A stretch of DNA of 64,000 nt. It comes from Squalus acanthias (Eukaryota). Numbering within the stretch: the stretch's first letter is position 1; every line of letters begins with the position of its first letter. The notes under the pieces were generated by a model that made no database searches, was not told where the DNA came from, and saw only the letters and a program-made list of their open reading frames with translations. Positions 1-12,563 of the stretch are shown here, one piece after another. Where the stretch lies: positions 2,418,001 to 2,482,000 of the forward strand of contig CM059433.1 in NCBI GenBank assembly GCA_030390025.1, in the 5' to 3' direction. Both the position numbers and the translations under genes were made by a program.

Positions 1-2498
1 CACGGGTTGAGGGCAGAGTCGAGCCATAATACCGTTCAGCTCTCCCTAAAGAATCTGGTGTCCGCGGGGGGAGAGGAGGCGGGAGCGGGGTGCGTGGTAA
101 ATGTAAGTACTCCAAAGAAAGATGGGGAGTCGGACATCTCGGTGAACAGGAGGGGCCAAGACAAGGAGAGGGTGCAAGAGGCAGGAGCCTTAAAGGGGCA
201 GCAGGTCAGGAGCAGCGAGACAAAAACGCCAGAAGGGAGCAATATAGGTGCATCATTGTCCCAGAGGGAGGGAGGCTTATGTATTAAAGATAGATCAAGA
301 GAAAGCCTTTGATAGGGTCTCTCATGAGTTTTTACTGAAGGTTTTGGAAGCATTTGGTTTCGGGGAAAATTTCATTGAGTGGATAAGGATTTTTTATTCA
401 AACATATTTAGCTGCGTTAAATGTAATAGTTTTTTATCCAAATATTTTCCGATACAGAGGTCAGTGAGACAGGGTTGTCCCCTGTCCCAATTGTTGTACA
501 CATTGGTAGCAGAACCATTAGGTTACATGATGCGAAAGAAACAAGGTGTAGTTGGGATTGTGGTTCCCAGTTCCAGGCTGGTGTCGGTGATGCACAATAT
601 GCAGATGACACAACCTTAACATTGAGAAATGGGGAGTCAGTGAGGAAAGCTATGGACGTAGTGGAGGAGTATTGTAGAGCTTCAGGAGCCAGAGTGAATT
701 ATAGTAAGTCCCAATGCCTGGTTGCAGGAAGGGGTAGGGGGAATGGTTGGAGGAAAGTCCCTTTAAGGTGGTGGAGGTTTTGGAAGTTCTGGGGATGCAC
801 ATGAGGTGCAAGAAAGACAGGGATGAAGTGGATCGATTAAATTGGGAACCAAAGGTTCTGAAAATTAAAAAGATTTTGGGAAGATGGGAAAGAAGGTGGT
901 TGAAAGTACAAGGAAGAGCGACAGTGGTGTCCGCTCTCCTGCTATCTAAGCTATGGTACTTATTGACGGTGGAGGATATTCCTGAGTGGGCAGAAAAGTC
1001 CATCAGAGAGGCTTGTGTGAGGTTTTTATGGGAAGGGAAACCAGCCTTGGTTGCTTACAATACCATCATTGAACGGAGAAATCAGGGAGGACTCAATTTC
1101 CCAGATATTGATTTGAAGAAAAAATCCTTTAGAATCAAGTGGGTGAAGAGATTTCTTCAGAAGTCAAATACAAGTTTATGGAAGAGTTGTTTTGAGCATT
1201 TTTTAAAATGAAGTGAGATAGGAGGGCAGGGGATATTGTATATGGAATACAATAATATATTTTTGAAATCGATTAAACCTCTCCCTAGGTTTTATAAGGG
1301 GATTGTAGAGACTTGGGTCCAGTTTTTAAAAAGTGTGCAGTTTATGTCCAAGGGTGCTGAGGAATTTTTAGAACAGCCCTTATTTTTGAACAGATGGGTC
1401 TACATCGAAGGAGAGGTATTATTTAATCAAGCTTTTATAAAAGCTGGTATTATATGTGTGAAAGATGTATTATACGAGCTAATTCCAGGTTGGTTGCCGG
1501 AAGCGATAGTGAGGGACATGGTGTGGGAGGAGGATCAGGAGGTAGAGGAAAAAGCAATTATGATCATGTATGAGAAGATTGTGAGGGCAATGCCACAGGA
1601 TTGGATGGAAGAAATAAATGCGGAAATCTCCAAAGGAAGTAAAATGCGTCCCGCTTTTCCAAGCTTTCTGCTGGAGAAAGGGGGAGAGTTGGTCCAATTT
1701 GACAACTGTAATACTCGAGATTTCTATGAGGTATTTAGAGAATGGAGATTCAAGACGCCTGCTGGTCAGGAGTTTTGGCAGTGTATATACCCACAGCTGG
1801 ACTTCAACAGGATTTGGAAGGTAATGTGGGTGAATTTTAAATGTCCAGAATGGATTGAACTGGATTTCAAATTGGCTCATAACCAGATTTTTACCATGAC
1901 GGTCTTGTGTAAGATTGGGCGAGTGGAGGGGGCAGCTTGCCCAGTGTGTGGGACACGGGATGAGACTCTGTCCCATTTACTGGTGTTACGTCCACAGTTA
2001 AATAATTTTAAGTACTATGTTCGACAGTTGTGTGAGGTTATTTTGCTGGGTGAGGACTGAAGAATGAGAATGGGAATCCCGTGGGATTCAATTTTGAGAT
2101 GGGGATTGCAGGAGAGTCTGCCCGAGTCTAGCGGAGCGGCAATTAATTTAATGTTCAGTTTGGCTAGATTCGTGATTGTGCAAAGAAGGAATGCTCTGGT
2201 TTTTAAGGGGAGGAGAATCAATCTAAAAGAGTATTTTAAATATAAGCTAAAAGTTCATTATAAGGCTCTGTGGATGTCTTATTCAGAAAGGAATTTAAAG
2301 ATAGTATTTTATGATCAATTTTTAAAGTACAATCGATTAATACATGTTATGGGAGACAAATTAAACTTCAGGTTTTGGTGTTAAAATGTGGTGGAGGAAT
2401 GGTTGTGTAGAGCGGCAGAATGGATTTGAATGATACAATGGAATGATCACGATGTTGTAAATGTTCTTAATGTTTAATAAATGATATATAAAAAAGAA
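1..2498 (+). mobile_element. Tx1-clade (L1 group) non-LTR retrotransposon, decayed ORF2 (RT to C-terminal zinc knuckle) and 3' end
   Basis: Broken ORFs 248-2384 give IDQEKAFDRVSH, VRQGCPLS, QYADDTT, 'LKVQGRATVVSALLLSKLWY' and C-terminal CPVC...ETLSHLL. AATAAA at 2476-2481 is followed by an A-rich tail. Bases 1-~260 are not RT-like and no endonuclease is seen, so an internal deletion is likely. Confidence 0.85.
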
Positions 2499-2957
2499 AG
2501 TGGGTAGCACACTCGCCTCTGAGTCAGAAGGTTGTGGGTTCAAGTCGCACTCCAGGGATTTGAGTACATAAAGCTAGGCTGACACTCCCAGTGCAGTGCT
2601 GAGGGAGTGCCTGCACCATCGGAGGTGCCGTCTTTCAGATGAGACGTTAAACCGAGGCCCCTTCTGCTCTCTCAGTTGGACGTAAAAGATCCCATGGCAC
2701 TATTTCGAAGAAGAGCAGGGGAGTTATCCCCGGTGTCCTGGCCAATATTTATCCCTCAACCAACAATAACTCAAACAGATTATCTGGTCATTTTCACATT
2801 GGTGTTTGTGGGAGCTTGCTGTGCGCAAATTGGCTGCCGTGTTTCCCACATTACAACAGTGACTCCACTTCAAAAAGTACTTCATTGGCTGTAAAGCACT
2901 TTGAGACGTCCGGTGGTCGTGAAAGGCGCTATCGAAATGCAAGTCTTTCTTTCTTTT
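2499..2957 (+). mobile_element. tRNA-derived DeuSINE (SacSINE1-like), missing the first ~14 nt
   Basis: B-box GGTTCAAGTC, Deu-domain-like core (CCGTCTTTCAGATGAGACGTTAAACCGAGG...GATCCCATGGCACTATTTCGAAGAAGAGCAGG), L2-like tail ending in (TCTT)n; near-identical to 6957-7412. Confidence 0.85.
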
Positions 2958-2979
2958 TCCCCTCCTCTCCGCTCAGGGG

Positions 2980-3992
2980 GGAGAAGAAGAGGAAGAAAAC
3001 ACTGCATCTGTCACTCGCAGACACCAGCTCAGAAACTGGCACTGCGCGTACGTTAGACGCTCGTGTAGTAGCAGGATCTGCACAGGGTGATGCACTGAGC
3101 ACGAGCGGGCTGCAGCAAGGCCAGGGGAAAGGGTAAATCGGGGGCCAGCTCCCCGGAGGGTGAGTTCGCATGCGAATTCTGCTGCACAGGATTCAGAGGA
3201 GGACCTCAATGGGGTGGCCTTCAGAAGAAGGATGATGGGCATACACACCGAATTGGTCGGTGCAATGGAAAGCCTGCCAGAGAGCCTCTTGGCAATGTCA
3301 AGGAGCATGGAGGAGTCAACCTCCAACATTGGACGGGGCTTTGCGCAGAGTTTGGAGCCCAGGATTTCCAGACTGGAAATGATGGAAGACTCCCGAAGAG
3401 ACCGTGTCGACCCAGCCGTGATGCCACGTGTGATGGGTGATGTCGCAGCTTCCATTGCAGCACAGGTAGAAGCAACCCAACATCTTAGTGCTGCAGTGGA
3501 AGCGCAGACCGCTCTCTTGAAGTCTCAGCTTGATGCCACGCAAGCTCAGACTGCTGCCATCGTGGCTGGGTCTACCACTATCGACCGGGGCTTTCACGGT
3601 GTCGTAGCAGGCCAGCAATTTGTGCTCCAACAGATTGCTAGGGATGCTGAGGTGCTGCCCCAGGGGAGTGGCAGTGTGTCAGTGGAGCACGACCCCGCTG
3701 TCCTCTCTCAAGATGACAATATTCCTGCTCCCACCACTGCCACTCCACCATTGTTCTTGCTGCTGCCTGTCAGCCAGCCAGCCCAGACTGCTGCCGCCCA
3801 TGTCGAGGTTGTGCAGGCTGCAGCCGGGCCTTCCAGGGCCAGAGCTGTCGAGGTTGTCCCAAAAGGCCATCTGAAGTCTCCCCCGTGGAAACTCAGCAGC
3901 CTTCCACCAGACATGCTGCAGCCAGTGGGGAAGCACTAGAATAGGAAAGGGAACCTGAACGACAGGCACTAAGGGATTGCACAAGGGTGATT
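2980..3992 (+). pseudogene. Harbinger Myb/SANT partner gene, last exon (coiled-coil and low-complexity part)
   Basis: ORF 3160-3939 with flanking broken frames; similar to 32610-33234 and in style to exon 3 of the gene at 26416-28387. Confidence 0.7.
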
Positions 3993-4003
3993 AGTTCATA
4001 TCG

Positions 4004-5332
4004 TTACTGTAAATATGTGAATTGATTTTTGCTAAACTTATTAATTTTGTTTGGAATCTTTTGTGGTGTCTCACATTTCAGCTTTGTGCCCAGGAGGACA
4101 CTGTGATATTCCATGACAGAGGGATGGTGTGATGGGGATGTGGTGAGCAACGGGGATCTGGGTTTCATTTGTTCGAATCGGAGGCTGATGAGACGCTCAC
4201 GGACAGCCCATCCGGAAGGGTGATTGGCTGCCTGCCTCCTCCCTCCCTCCTTGTCCTCTTCCTCTTGCTCCTCTTCCTCTTGTTCCTCCTCCTCTGCCTC
4301 GTCCTCCTCCTGAAGTGGTCCCGCAATCCCTGGTGGCAAAGGCTGCGCCCTCATGATGGTCAAGTTGTGAAGCATGAAATGGGACACCTGCTCCGATGTG
4401 TACTGGAGGGCTCCTCCTGTGTGGTCAAGGCAGCGGAACCATTGTTTCAGTAGGCTGATGGCCTGCTCGATGATGTTCCTGGTGGCAGCGTGGCTCTCAT
4501 TATCTGAGTGCTGGTCATGAGTGTTGAGGTTGTGGAGGGGAATCATCAGCCTGGTGCAGCGCGGATAGCCCTTGTCTCCGAGCAGCCACCCTTGGGTTTG
4601 CTGTGGTGGCTGGAAGATTGCTGGCACACCGGACTGACGCAGGATGAAGGCATTGTGGCTGCTCCCAAGATCACGGGCATTGACGATCAGGAAGCACTGG
4701 GCGTGGTCGCACATGAACTGCACATTAAGTGAGTGGTAGCCTTTGCGGTTACAGAAATCTCAGAATTGTTAGACGGCGCCCGCAAAACCATATGGATGCA
4801 GTCGATGGCATCCTGCACCATGGGGGATATCCGCTATCCTGGCAAAGCCACATGTGCGCTCATCCTGCTTCTCTCTGCTCAGAGAGATGACGACGTAATC
4901 CCTTCTCCTGCTGTAGAGAGCCTCAGTGACCTCCTGGATGTAGCGATGGACGGCCAACTGTGAATTGTTAGCTATGTCTCTTGCTGTAGACTGGAAAGAT
5001 CCGCTGGTGAAGAAATTGAGGATCACGGTGACCTTGACTGCTACTGGGAGAGCCGTGGTCACCCTTTTCTCAGGCTGCAGGTCTGGTTGCAGGAGGTGGC
5101 AGAGTTCTGTGACCACCTCCTTGGTGAAGCGGAGCCTCCTAATACATTGCTCCTCGCGTAAATGGATGTAAGAGAAGTGCTTGCTGAAGAGCCTAGGTGG
5201 GTAAGACCTCCTGTTGAGAGCCCGCCTGCCCCGCCTCCTCCTCCCTCTGTGCACAGCTTCTCTTCTTTGCTGCCTCCACTCCCTCTCCCGAAGATACTCG
5301 AACACGAGAGGGACTGTCAGCAGAGCCCCCAT
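4004..5332 (-). pseudogene. Harbinger DDE transposase (HARBI1-like family), frameshifted
   Basis: RRLRFTKEVVTELC...FFTSGSFQ, AIDCIH, GYHSLNVQ, LLGDKGYP, RNIIEQAISLLKQWFRCLD; frameshifts near 4750-4830. Confidence 0.9.
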
Positions 5333-6956
5333 GACAGTGAGCAAGTGTTGTGAGCAGAAGCCTTTAAATAAGAATGAAGGCGTTCTCCACTTGCAACAAC
5401 ACTGCCTGTCACCTTAGAACCTTGCAATAAGTATATAAAGCTGCAAGAGTTACAGAAAGTTGCACAGAACCGGTCAAACTGAACAAACCTGTCAGCTGCA
5501 AGTTGTTGCTGATGATCCCTTTAAATATTACTGCTGGAGCCTCCTTCCTGCTTGTCAACGCTTGCTCAGCTTGTCATACTTAAGTCATGCCAGTAAATTG
5601 AACGGCGAAGTCCAAACTCGCAGATCGGGCGTCAAGTGAGCGTTGCACACTCACTGACGTCACAATCTGCTTCATTTCAATGATTTTCGCGATCGCTGCT
5701 ATCATCAGCGCTGCCGGCCATCCAAAAATGGCGGCCTCCGCCGGAGTCACTGCCAGCTAGTGGGAGAGCGGCGGCCGCCATTTTTTTGGCTGAATACAGC
5801 AGTAATGGGTGGTGATAAACCACCCAATTTTAGGGCTTTGAAGTCTATAACCAGCCCTCTATCCACGTGGCTACATTCCCATTTGTATCATATGCCTTAA
5901 CATATCTCTTATATGGGTCATTGTTAAATGCCTTACCTGTTGCTAAAAATAAACCATGCGGTGTTCTCCCCCACCCCAACTGGAACAATAAACGTGATGA
6001 TAAATTCACAGTGACAGACATCCATGCAAATCTATGATTGTTCTGTCTGGTGCTGAGTGCTGGACTTCCTCAGCTGGATTTATTGCTACTATGGAAAAGA
6101 AGAAGTCTGCTTATAATTATTCTGATAATGGTTTGTTATCCAGGAATGCAAGTCAAATCCCTCATACTGAGTAAATGGGTACGATTTATTCTCTAGTGGG
6201 ATTTATATGAGCAGTTAAACATTGTTTAATTGATTATTTTTTAATTGAAGTAATTGACTCCCAGCTAATTAGAGTTCCATCTTCCCACTTCACTCTCAGT
6301 ACAGGTACCAGCAATTGTTGTTCATCCTTTGCATGTCAGTTTCTTAAGGGCAAACGCCACACACAATTTATTTTACTATTCAAGAAAATATGAGCAAATC
6401 CCTCTCGAATGTATTCCGAATCAGCTTTGTATTTTTTCACCCAAATAGATTGCATTGCTTCTCCCAGCTGGCAATGCATTCAGTTTTATTTAAAAGAGAA
6501 AATGTAGTGAAAGATGTTGTACAGCACAGAAGCAAATTGTAATTAGGTCACAATGATGCCATCTTCTCCAAGACACATTGCAAGGATGAAAAGCAACAGC
6601 ATTCCTAGTTGATAGGGAAAAGTCTGCAGCTACTAGAAGATATTTAGTGGTACAAACTCGATTTATTCAAAACACATATTTTGTATAATACTATTGAAAT
6701 GCACCGTTTCTTATCTAGTGGAATTTTAGTCTTTATAAAAGCCCTTCTACTCCTCTTAACTTAAATCACTTGGATCAGTGTGCTGAGTGTGGGCCATTGT
6801 TTGTCAGTGTACTTTCCCTGCCATGCCTCCATCACACTTGCACCGAGTTTGACGCAACGCTTTTTTTTTATCCCACTTGATCTGTTGCATACAACAGGCT
6901 CTTTGTACTTTTACTGATACAAAGACAAGCCGTGTAATTGCCTTTGCTGTACAAGT

Positions 6957-7412
6957 GGCAGCTGTGGCTCAGTGGGTAGCACACTTGCCTCTGGCGTCAG
7001 AAGGATGTGGGTTCAAGTTTCACTCCAGGGACTTGAGCACATAAATCTAGGCTGACGGTCCAGTGCAGTGCTGAGGGAGTGCTGCACTGTCGGAGGTGCC
7101 GTCTTTCGGATGAAACATTAAACTGAGGCCCCGTCTCTCTCAGGTGGACGTAAAAGATTCCATGGCCCTATTTCGAAGAAGAGCAGCGGAGTTATCCCCG
7201 GTGTCCCGGACAATATTTATCCCTCAACCAACATCACTAAAAACAGATTCTCCGGTCATTGTCACATTGCTGTTTGTTGGAGCTTGCTGAGTGCAAATTG
7301 GCTGCCGCGTTTCCTACATTGTAACAGTGACTCCACTTCAAAAGTACTTGATTGGCTGTAAAGTGCTTTGAGGTGGTCGTGAAAGGCACTGTATAAATGC
7401 AAGTCTTTTTTT
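6957..7412 (+). mobile_element. DeuSINE (SacSINE1-like), full length
   Basis: A-box TGGCTCAGTGG, B-box GGTTCAAGT, Deu core, L2-like tail. Confidence 0.85.
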
Positions 7413-7582
7413 TGCGCAGAGTCTTCATAGCCACGCTACCAAGCTGATCAAATATAATAAGGTTATCTGTCATTTTTTGTTTAAGTATAATTTGCACCAT
7501 TCCTCATCTAGGAAAAGAATTGTAAATATATTATCTCACATTTTTAGGAAAAATAACTGCTAATGCCCACGTAAAAGTAATT

Positions 7583-8436
7583 GGGGGCAATTTTGACTTT
7601 CGGCGATAGTGTAAAATGGGCGCTATCGATTTAGTCGCCCATTATACATCTCTCCTGATTTTCATTGAATTCAATGGAAATGAAAATATGGGAGGGATGC
7701 ATAACAGGCGGCTGAATCGATATCACCCAGTTTTATGCTTAACAAAAGTCAAAGGGGGAAAAATTTGGTCGGTTAGCGCCTCCCGTTAGCGTGCAACGCC
7801 CCTGTAGCGCCCCGGACCGGATATTGAGTCTCGCCCCCTGCCTTAGCGCGTGCTGCTAGGAACGACAGGTAGAGGGGAACGTTTTCAAGTCGGGAAGGGG
7901 CTGGGGGAGCGCTATTTAAAGGCGGGCGCTTCCTGCCTTTTCTTGTTGGCAAAATTTTTGGTACACGCAGGTTGAGGGGGAGAGAGACGCTGGCCTAAGG
8001 AGTTTTGGTCCTCAGCACCACTTTTGAGGTTCCTAAGTGCCGAGCTCTTTCCCTGGGCCTATCCATTAGTACTTCCAACACAATTGCTTTCGAGGTCTCT
8101 CCAGGCCGAGATTCAAGGCTGCAATGAGCAGGGTGTGGCTGGCCAGCAAGATTGCCCCTCCCCTTTAAGAACTGGCCAGCGCCAGTCTGTCTGGCTTCCA
8201 TGGTAACGGACATCGCCTGAGCTTCGGTAGCGTTCTGAGGTAACGCCTCGCTCCCCGACGTTAGCGCCTCAAGAGAGGTGTGTAGTGCCTGATTTAGCGC
8301 TCAAATCACCTCCAGTGGGCGATTGAGGCGAATTTTGCAGTCGGAGGCGATAATTAGCGCCAGACGTTAAACTTTGCGCCTGGCCGATATTAGTGCCTCA
8401 AAATGGGCAATACCCAATTTTTCCCCCAAAATGACC
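7583..8436. mobile_element. Short palindromic MITE (~180 bp of own sequence) interrupted by a nested MITE
   Basis: The left arm GGCAATTTTGACTTT...TTTTCATT pairs imperfectly with AATGAAAA...AAAAGTCAAA/ATGACC once 7754-8430 is removed. Confidence 0.7.
7754..8427. mobile_element. Harbinger-type MITE (TAGCGC-rich family)
   Basis: TIRs GGGGGAAAAATT / AATTTTTCCCCC, AAA on both flanks, many TAGCGC motifs; related to 31462-32282. Confidence 0.8.
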
Positions 8437-8498
8437 ATTGATTTTATTTGGGCCTGAACTGATGATCACCCACCATTTAAAATGTAGAAATTGCCACA

Positions 8499-9048
8499 GA
8501 AATCCTGCAAATCCATTGGCAGGATAGGCGCACCAACGTCAGTGTTCTCGCTCAGGCCAACATCCCCAGCATGGAAGCTTTGACCAGGCTCGATCAGCTC
8601 CGATGGACGGGTCACATCGTCCACATGCCCGATACGAGACTCCCAAAACAAGCGCTCTACTCGGAGCTCCAACACAGCAAGACAGCCCCAGGTGGGCAGA
8701 GGAAACGCTTCAAGGACACTCTCAAAGCCTCCTTGAAAAAGTGCAACATCCCCACCGACACCTGGGAATCCCTGGCCCAAGACCGCACAAAGTGGAGGAG
8801 AAGCATCTGGGAAGGCACCGAACACCTCAAGTCTCTTCACCGGGAGCAAGCGGAAGCCAAGCGCAGACAGCGCAAGGAGCGCACGTCAACCCAAGCACCC
8901 CACCCACCCGCCCCTTCAACCACCGTCTGCCTCACCTGTGACAGAGACTGTAGGTCCCGCATTGGACTCATCAGTCACCTGAGATCGCATTTTGAGTGTG
9001 GAAGCAAGTCATCCTCGGTTCCGAGGGACTGCCTAAGAGAGAAGAGAG
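8499..9048 (+). mobile_element. RTE-clade LINE, 5'-truncated 3' end
   Basis: QLRWTGHIVHMPDTRLPKQALYSEL...GGQRKRFKDTLK and a C2H2-like end; 13-bp TSD AGAAATTGCCACA at 8486-8498 and 9049-9061. Confidence 0.9.
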
Positions 9049-9436
9049 AGAAATTGCCACACACACAACTGGAAAATTCAAGTTAGAAAGAAGCACTTTC
9101 AGTTTCCAGCAGTAAGCTGTTTTAAATGTGAACGTGAATGTCATTGTGGTTCAATTGGGAAGCATGTTTCCGGGTGTTATTTATTCTGGTAATTGCTTCC
9201 AAACCAGGTGTTTAATTTGCCACCTCATTGGTGAGTCACTAATTCTGAACCTCTCGTTCAAAGCCAGTGGCAAGGTCCAGCACGAGCTATGCAGCACTGA
9301 GAGCCATGGTATTCTTTGGCAATGTAAATTACGTACCTATTACTATCATGATGCGGAGATGCCGGCGTTGGACTCGGGTGGACAAAAATGAGAAGTTGCA
9401 CAACACCAGGTTATAGTCCAACAGATTTATTTAAAA

Positions 9437-9474
9437 TTACAAGCTTTCGGAGCTATCGCCCCTTCGTCAGGTAA
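9437..9474 (-). ncRNA. Minimal hammerhead ribozyme motif in Penelope terminal repeat
   Basis: Reverse complement reads UUAC-CUGACGA-A-GGGGC-GAUA-GCUCC-GAAA-GCUU-GUAA. Confidence 0.8.
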
Positions 9475-9536
9475 AGTTACAATGAGTGAATCTACAAAAG
9501 TTCACAGAATATAAACACAGAAACTGCAGAGATACA

Positions 9537-10252
9537 GGGCTGGATTTTGTCTTGGGGTCGGGTTGGGGTCGTGTAATCTGCATTTCGTGTTCCCCCCCGA
9601 CTCCAGATTAATGTGGATGCCTGATGCAATTTTCACTTAATTGGGCAATTGAGTTGGAGCATGTGGGAACCCATGAACTAATTAGTGTTTTCAGTCTGAA
9701 AGCCGCCTCTGATGATGTCATCATTGCTGGTGAGAGAGGACCTGCCTGGCTTTAGATGTGGGTGGACCTGGATGCAAAGATGGAGGGTGGTGGTGGTGGT
9801 GGTGAGAGAGAGAGATTTTTTGCCAAGCAAGTCCTCCCAGGCAGTCTCTGAAGACATTCAATGCAGCAGCATCAGAGGCGGCGTTCAGACCTAATACTAC
9901 TACTACCTTCATCACATCTCCGTTGTAATAGTGCACCTGCAGCCGATAGTCAGCTATCCACTTGTGCTCCCGCCAGGTTTCACTGGAGTGTTTCACACCA
10001 GGCGTGCTTCACGTCAGAAGAGGGTTAAACTAGCTAAAACGTTTCAAAATGGCATTACAGAGCCAATTTAGAGCTTGTTAAGGGCTTTAATGGCCTCTCC
10101 CGCCTCTTGAAGGCGGGACGGAGTCGGGAACCCCGCGACTGATTATGTCAAAATTGCATGGAGTCGGGATGGGGTCGGAAACCCCGACCCTGCAAATTTA
10201 ACCCCCCACGCACCTCCAAACCTGACTCCATGGGTCATTCAAAATCCAGCCC
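9537..10252. mobile_element. Harbinger-type MITE nested in the Penelope 3' UTR
   Basis: Perfect 13-bp TIR GGGCTGGATTTTG / CAAAATCCAGCCC; 3-bp TSD ACA on both sides. Confidence 0.9.
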
Positions 10253-10442
10253 ACAATCTTTCAGGGAAGGTGTCCTTACATCAAAGACACACCAAGAGCA
10301 CAGCCAAGACAATGAGATGTGTCCCAGGGGGTCCAACGTGTCAAATCCTGCTGTCTGCAGTGTTTTTTTGGGGGGTTTGTATTTTGTGTTTGTTTTTTTG
10401 TGTTTGTTTTTTAAAAACTGGAAAGACAGACAACGATGTCAA

Positions 10443-12191
10443 GTCACGTTCTGTAGCATGACATGAACCCGATATCCCTATTGAGGCCGTCCTCATGAGT
10501 GCGGAACTTGGCTATCAGTTTCTGCTCGATGATTTTGCGTTGTCGTGTGTCTCAAAGGCCGCCTTGGAGAACGCTAACCCGCAGATCCGAGGCTGAATGC
10601 CCTTGACTGCTGAAGTGTTCCCCGACTGGGAGGCAACAATCCTGCCTGGCGATTGTTGCGCGGTGTCCGTTCATACGTTGTCTCAGTGTCTGCATGGTCT
10701 CGCCGATGTACCATGCTCTGGGGCATCCTTTCCTGCAACGTATCAGGTAGACAACATTGGCCGAGTCACATGAGTATGTACCATGTACCTGGTGGGTAGT
10801 GTCCTCACGTGTGATGACGGTATCTGTGTTCATGATCTGGCATGTCTTGCAGAGGTTGCCGTGGCAGGGTTGTGTGGTGTCGTGGTCGCTGTTCTCCTGA
10901 CAGCTGGGTAATTTGCTGCGAACGATGGTACTTTTGAGGTTAGGTGGCTGCTTGAAGGCGAGTAGTGGAGGCGTGGGGATGGCCTTAGCAAAGTGTTCGT
11001 CGTCATCGATGACATGTTGAAGGCTGCAAAGAACATGGCATAGTTTCTCCGCTCCGGGGAAGTACTGGACGATGTAGGGTACTCTGTTGGTTGTGTCCCG
11101 TGTTCGCCTTCTGAGGAGGTCTATGCGGTTTTTCGCTGTGGCCCGTCGGAACTGTCGATCGACGAGTTGAGCGTCATATCCCGTTCTTACGAGGGCGTCT
11201 TTCAGTGTCCGTAGGTGTCCATCGTGTTCCTCCTCGTCTGAGCAGATCCTGTGTATTCGCAGGGCTTGTCCATAGGGGATGGCTTCTTTAACGTGGTTAG
11301 GGTGGAAGCTGGAGAAGTGGAGCATCGTGAGGTTGTCCGTGGGCTTGCGGTAGAGTGAAGTGCTGAGGCGTCCGTCTTTGATGGAGATTCGTGTGTCCAA
11401 GAATGAAACCGATTCTAAGGAGTAGTCCATGGTGAGTTTGATGGTGGGATGGAACCTGTTGATGCTATCGTGTAGTCCTTTCAGTGATCCTTCGCCGTGG
11501 GTCCAAAGGAAGAAAATGTCATCGATGTATCTGGTGTACAGCGTTGGTTGGAGGTCCTGTGCAGCGAAGAAGTCTTGGTCGAACTTGTGCATGAAGATGT
11601 TGGCATATTGGGGTGCGAATTTGGTCCCCATGGCTGTTCCGTGTGTTTGGGTAAAAAACTGGTTGTCGAAGGTGAAGACATTGTGGTCAAGGATGAAGCG
11701 GATGAGTTGTAGGATGGCGTCTGGAGATTGGCTGTTGTTGGTGTTGAGTACTGAGGCTGTCGCAGCAATGCCGTCATCGTGGTGGATATTGGTGTAGAGT
11801 GCCGATACGTCCATCGTGGCGAGGAGTGTTCCTGGTTCAACTGGTCCATGGGTGCTGAGTTTCTGCAAGAAGTCTGTAGTGTTGCGACAGAAGCTGGGGG
11901 TTCCCTGTACGATGGGTTTCAGGATGCCCTCGACGTACCCAGAGAGGTTCTCACACAGGGTTCCGTTACCTGATACGATAGGACTTCCGGGTGTGTTGGC
12001 TTTGTGTATCTTTGGGAGGCAGTAAAAGTCTCCTACGCGGGGAGTACGTGGGATGAGAGCGCGTAGGATGTTTTGAAGGTCTGGATCGAAGGTCTTGATC
12101 AGTCTATTGAGTTGGCGGGTGCGTTCTTTGGTCGGATCTGCGGGTAGCTGTCTGTAGTGTTCCTGGTTCTCCAGTTGTCGGTATGCTTCTT
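10443..12191 (-). pseudogene. Penelope RT / GIY-YIG endonuclease polyprotein (partial)
   Basis: FYCLPKIHK, MDVSALYTNI, GTAMG, YTRYIDDIF, Cys-rich linker, VVYLIRC...WYIGET. A premature TGA at 10552-10554 (probable CGA>TGA) precedes the in-frame tail ...EQKLIAKFRTHEDGLNRD. Confidence 0.9.
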
Positions 12192-12234
12192 TGTTTATAT
12201 TCTGTGAACTTTTGTAGATTCACCCATTGTATCT

Positions 12235-12272
12235 TTACCTGACGAAGGGGCGATAGCTCCGAAAGCTTGTAA
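12235..12272 (+). ncRNA. Minimal hammerhead ribozyme motif (inverted Penelope terminal copy)
   Basis: TTAC-CTGACGA-A-GGGGC-GATA-GCTCC-GAAA-GCTT-GTAA read directly on +. Confidence 0.8.
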
Positions 12273-12563
12273 TTTTAAATAAATCTGTTGGACTATAACC
12301 TGGTGTTGTGCGACTTCTCATTTCTATTACTATCCGGTACTGTTCACGCTATCTGGGTAAAAGATATAAGCCAAGTGAAAAGCTTGTGGCAGGACAGCTT
12401 TACCATTACTGACCATGAAAGGAGATACGATTGGACTAACTAGCAACTTGCACATATATTTAGACTTTGCCACAAATTTTCTTATATTAGCGTTGCGTAT
12501 ATGTGGGTTCAAATGTATATTTACACTGTAATCCAGAACAGGTTTCAGTGTAGTTTAGAAAGT

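Larger units (their letters stand above)
2958..5836. mobile_element. PIF/Harbinger DNA transposon, right portion (convergent Myb-partner gene and transposase)
   Basis: Transposase on - and partner-gene 3' exon on +, tail to tail; collinear with 32610-35644; terminal CCAATTTTAGGGC resembles the other Harbinger ends in the window. Confidence 0.85.
9348..12323 (-). mobile_element. Penelope-like element (Neptune-like), 5'-truncated with an inverted terminal copy
   Basis: RT plus GIY-YIG ORF; 11-bp TSD CTATTACTATC at 9337-9347 and 12324-12334; 9386-9517 is repeated inverted at 12192-12323. Confidence 0.92.

Noticed and set aside
4004..5344. Domesticated host HARBI1 gene
   Set aside because: Frameshifted, multi-copy within the window and flanked by transposon ends.
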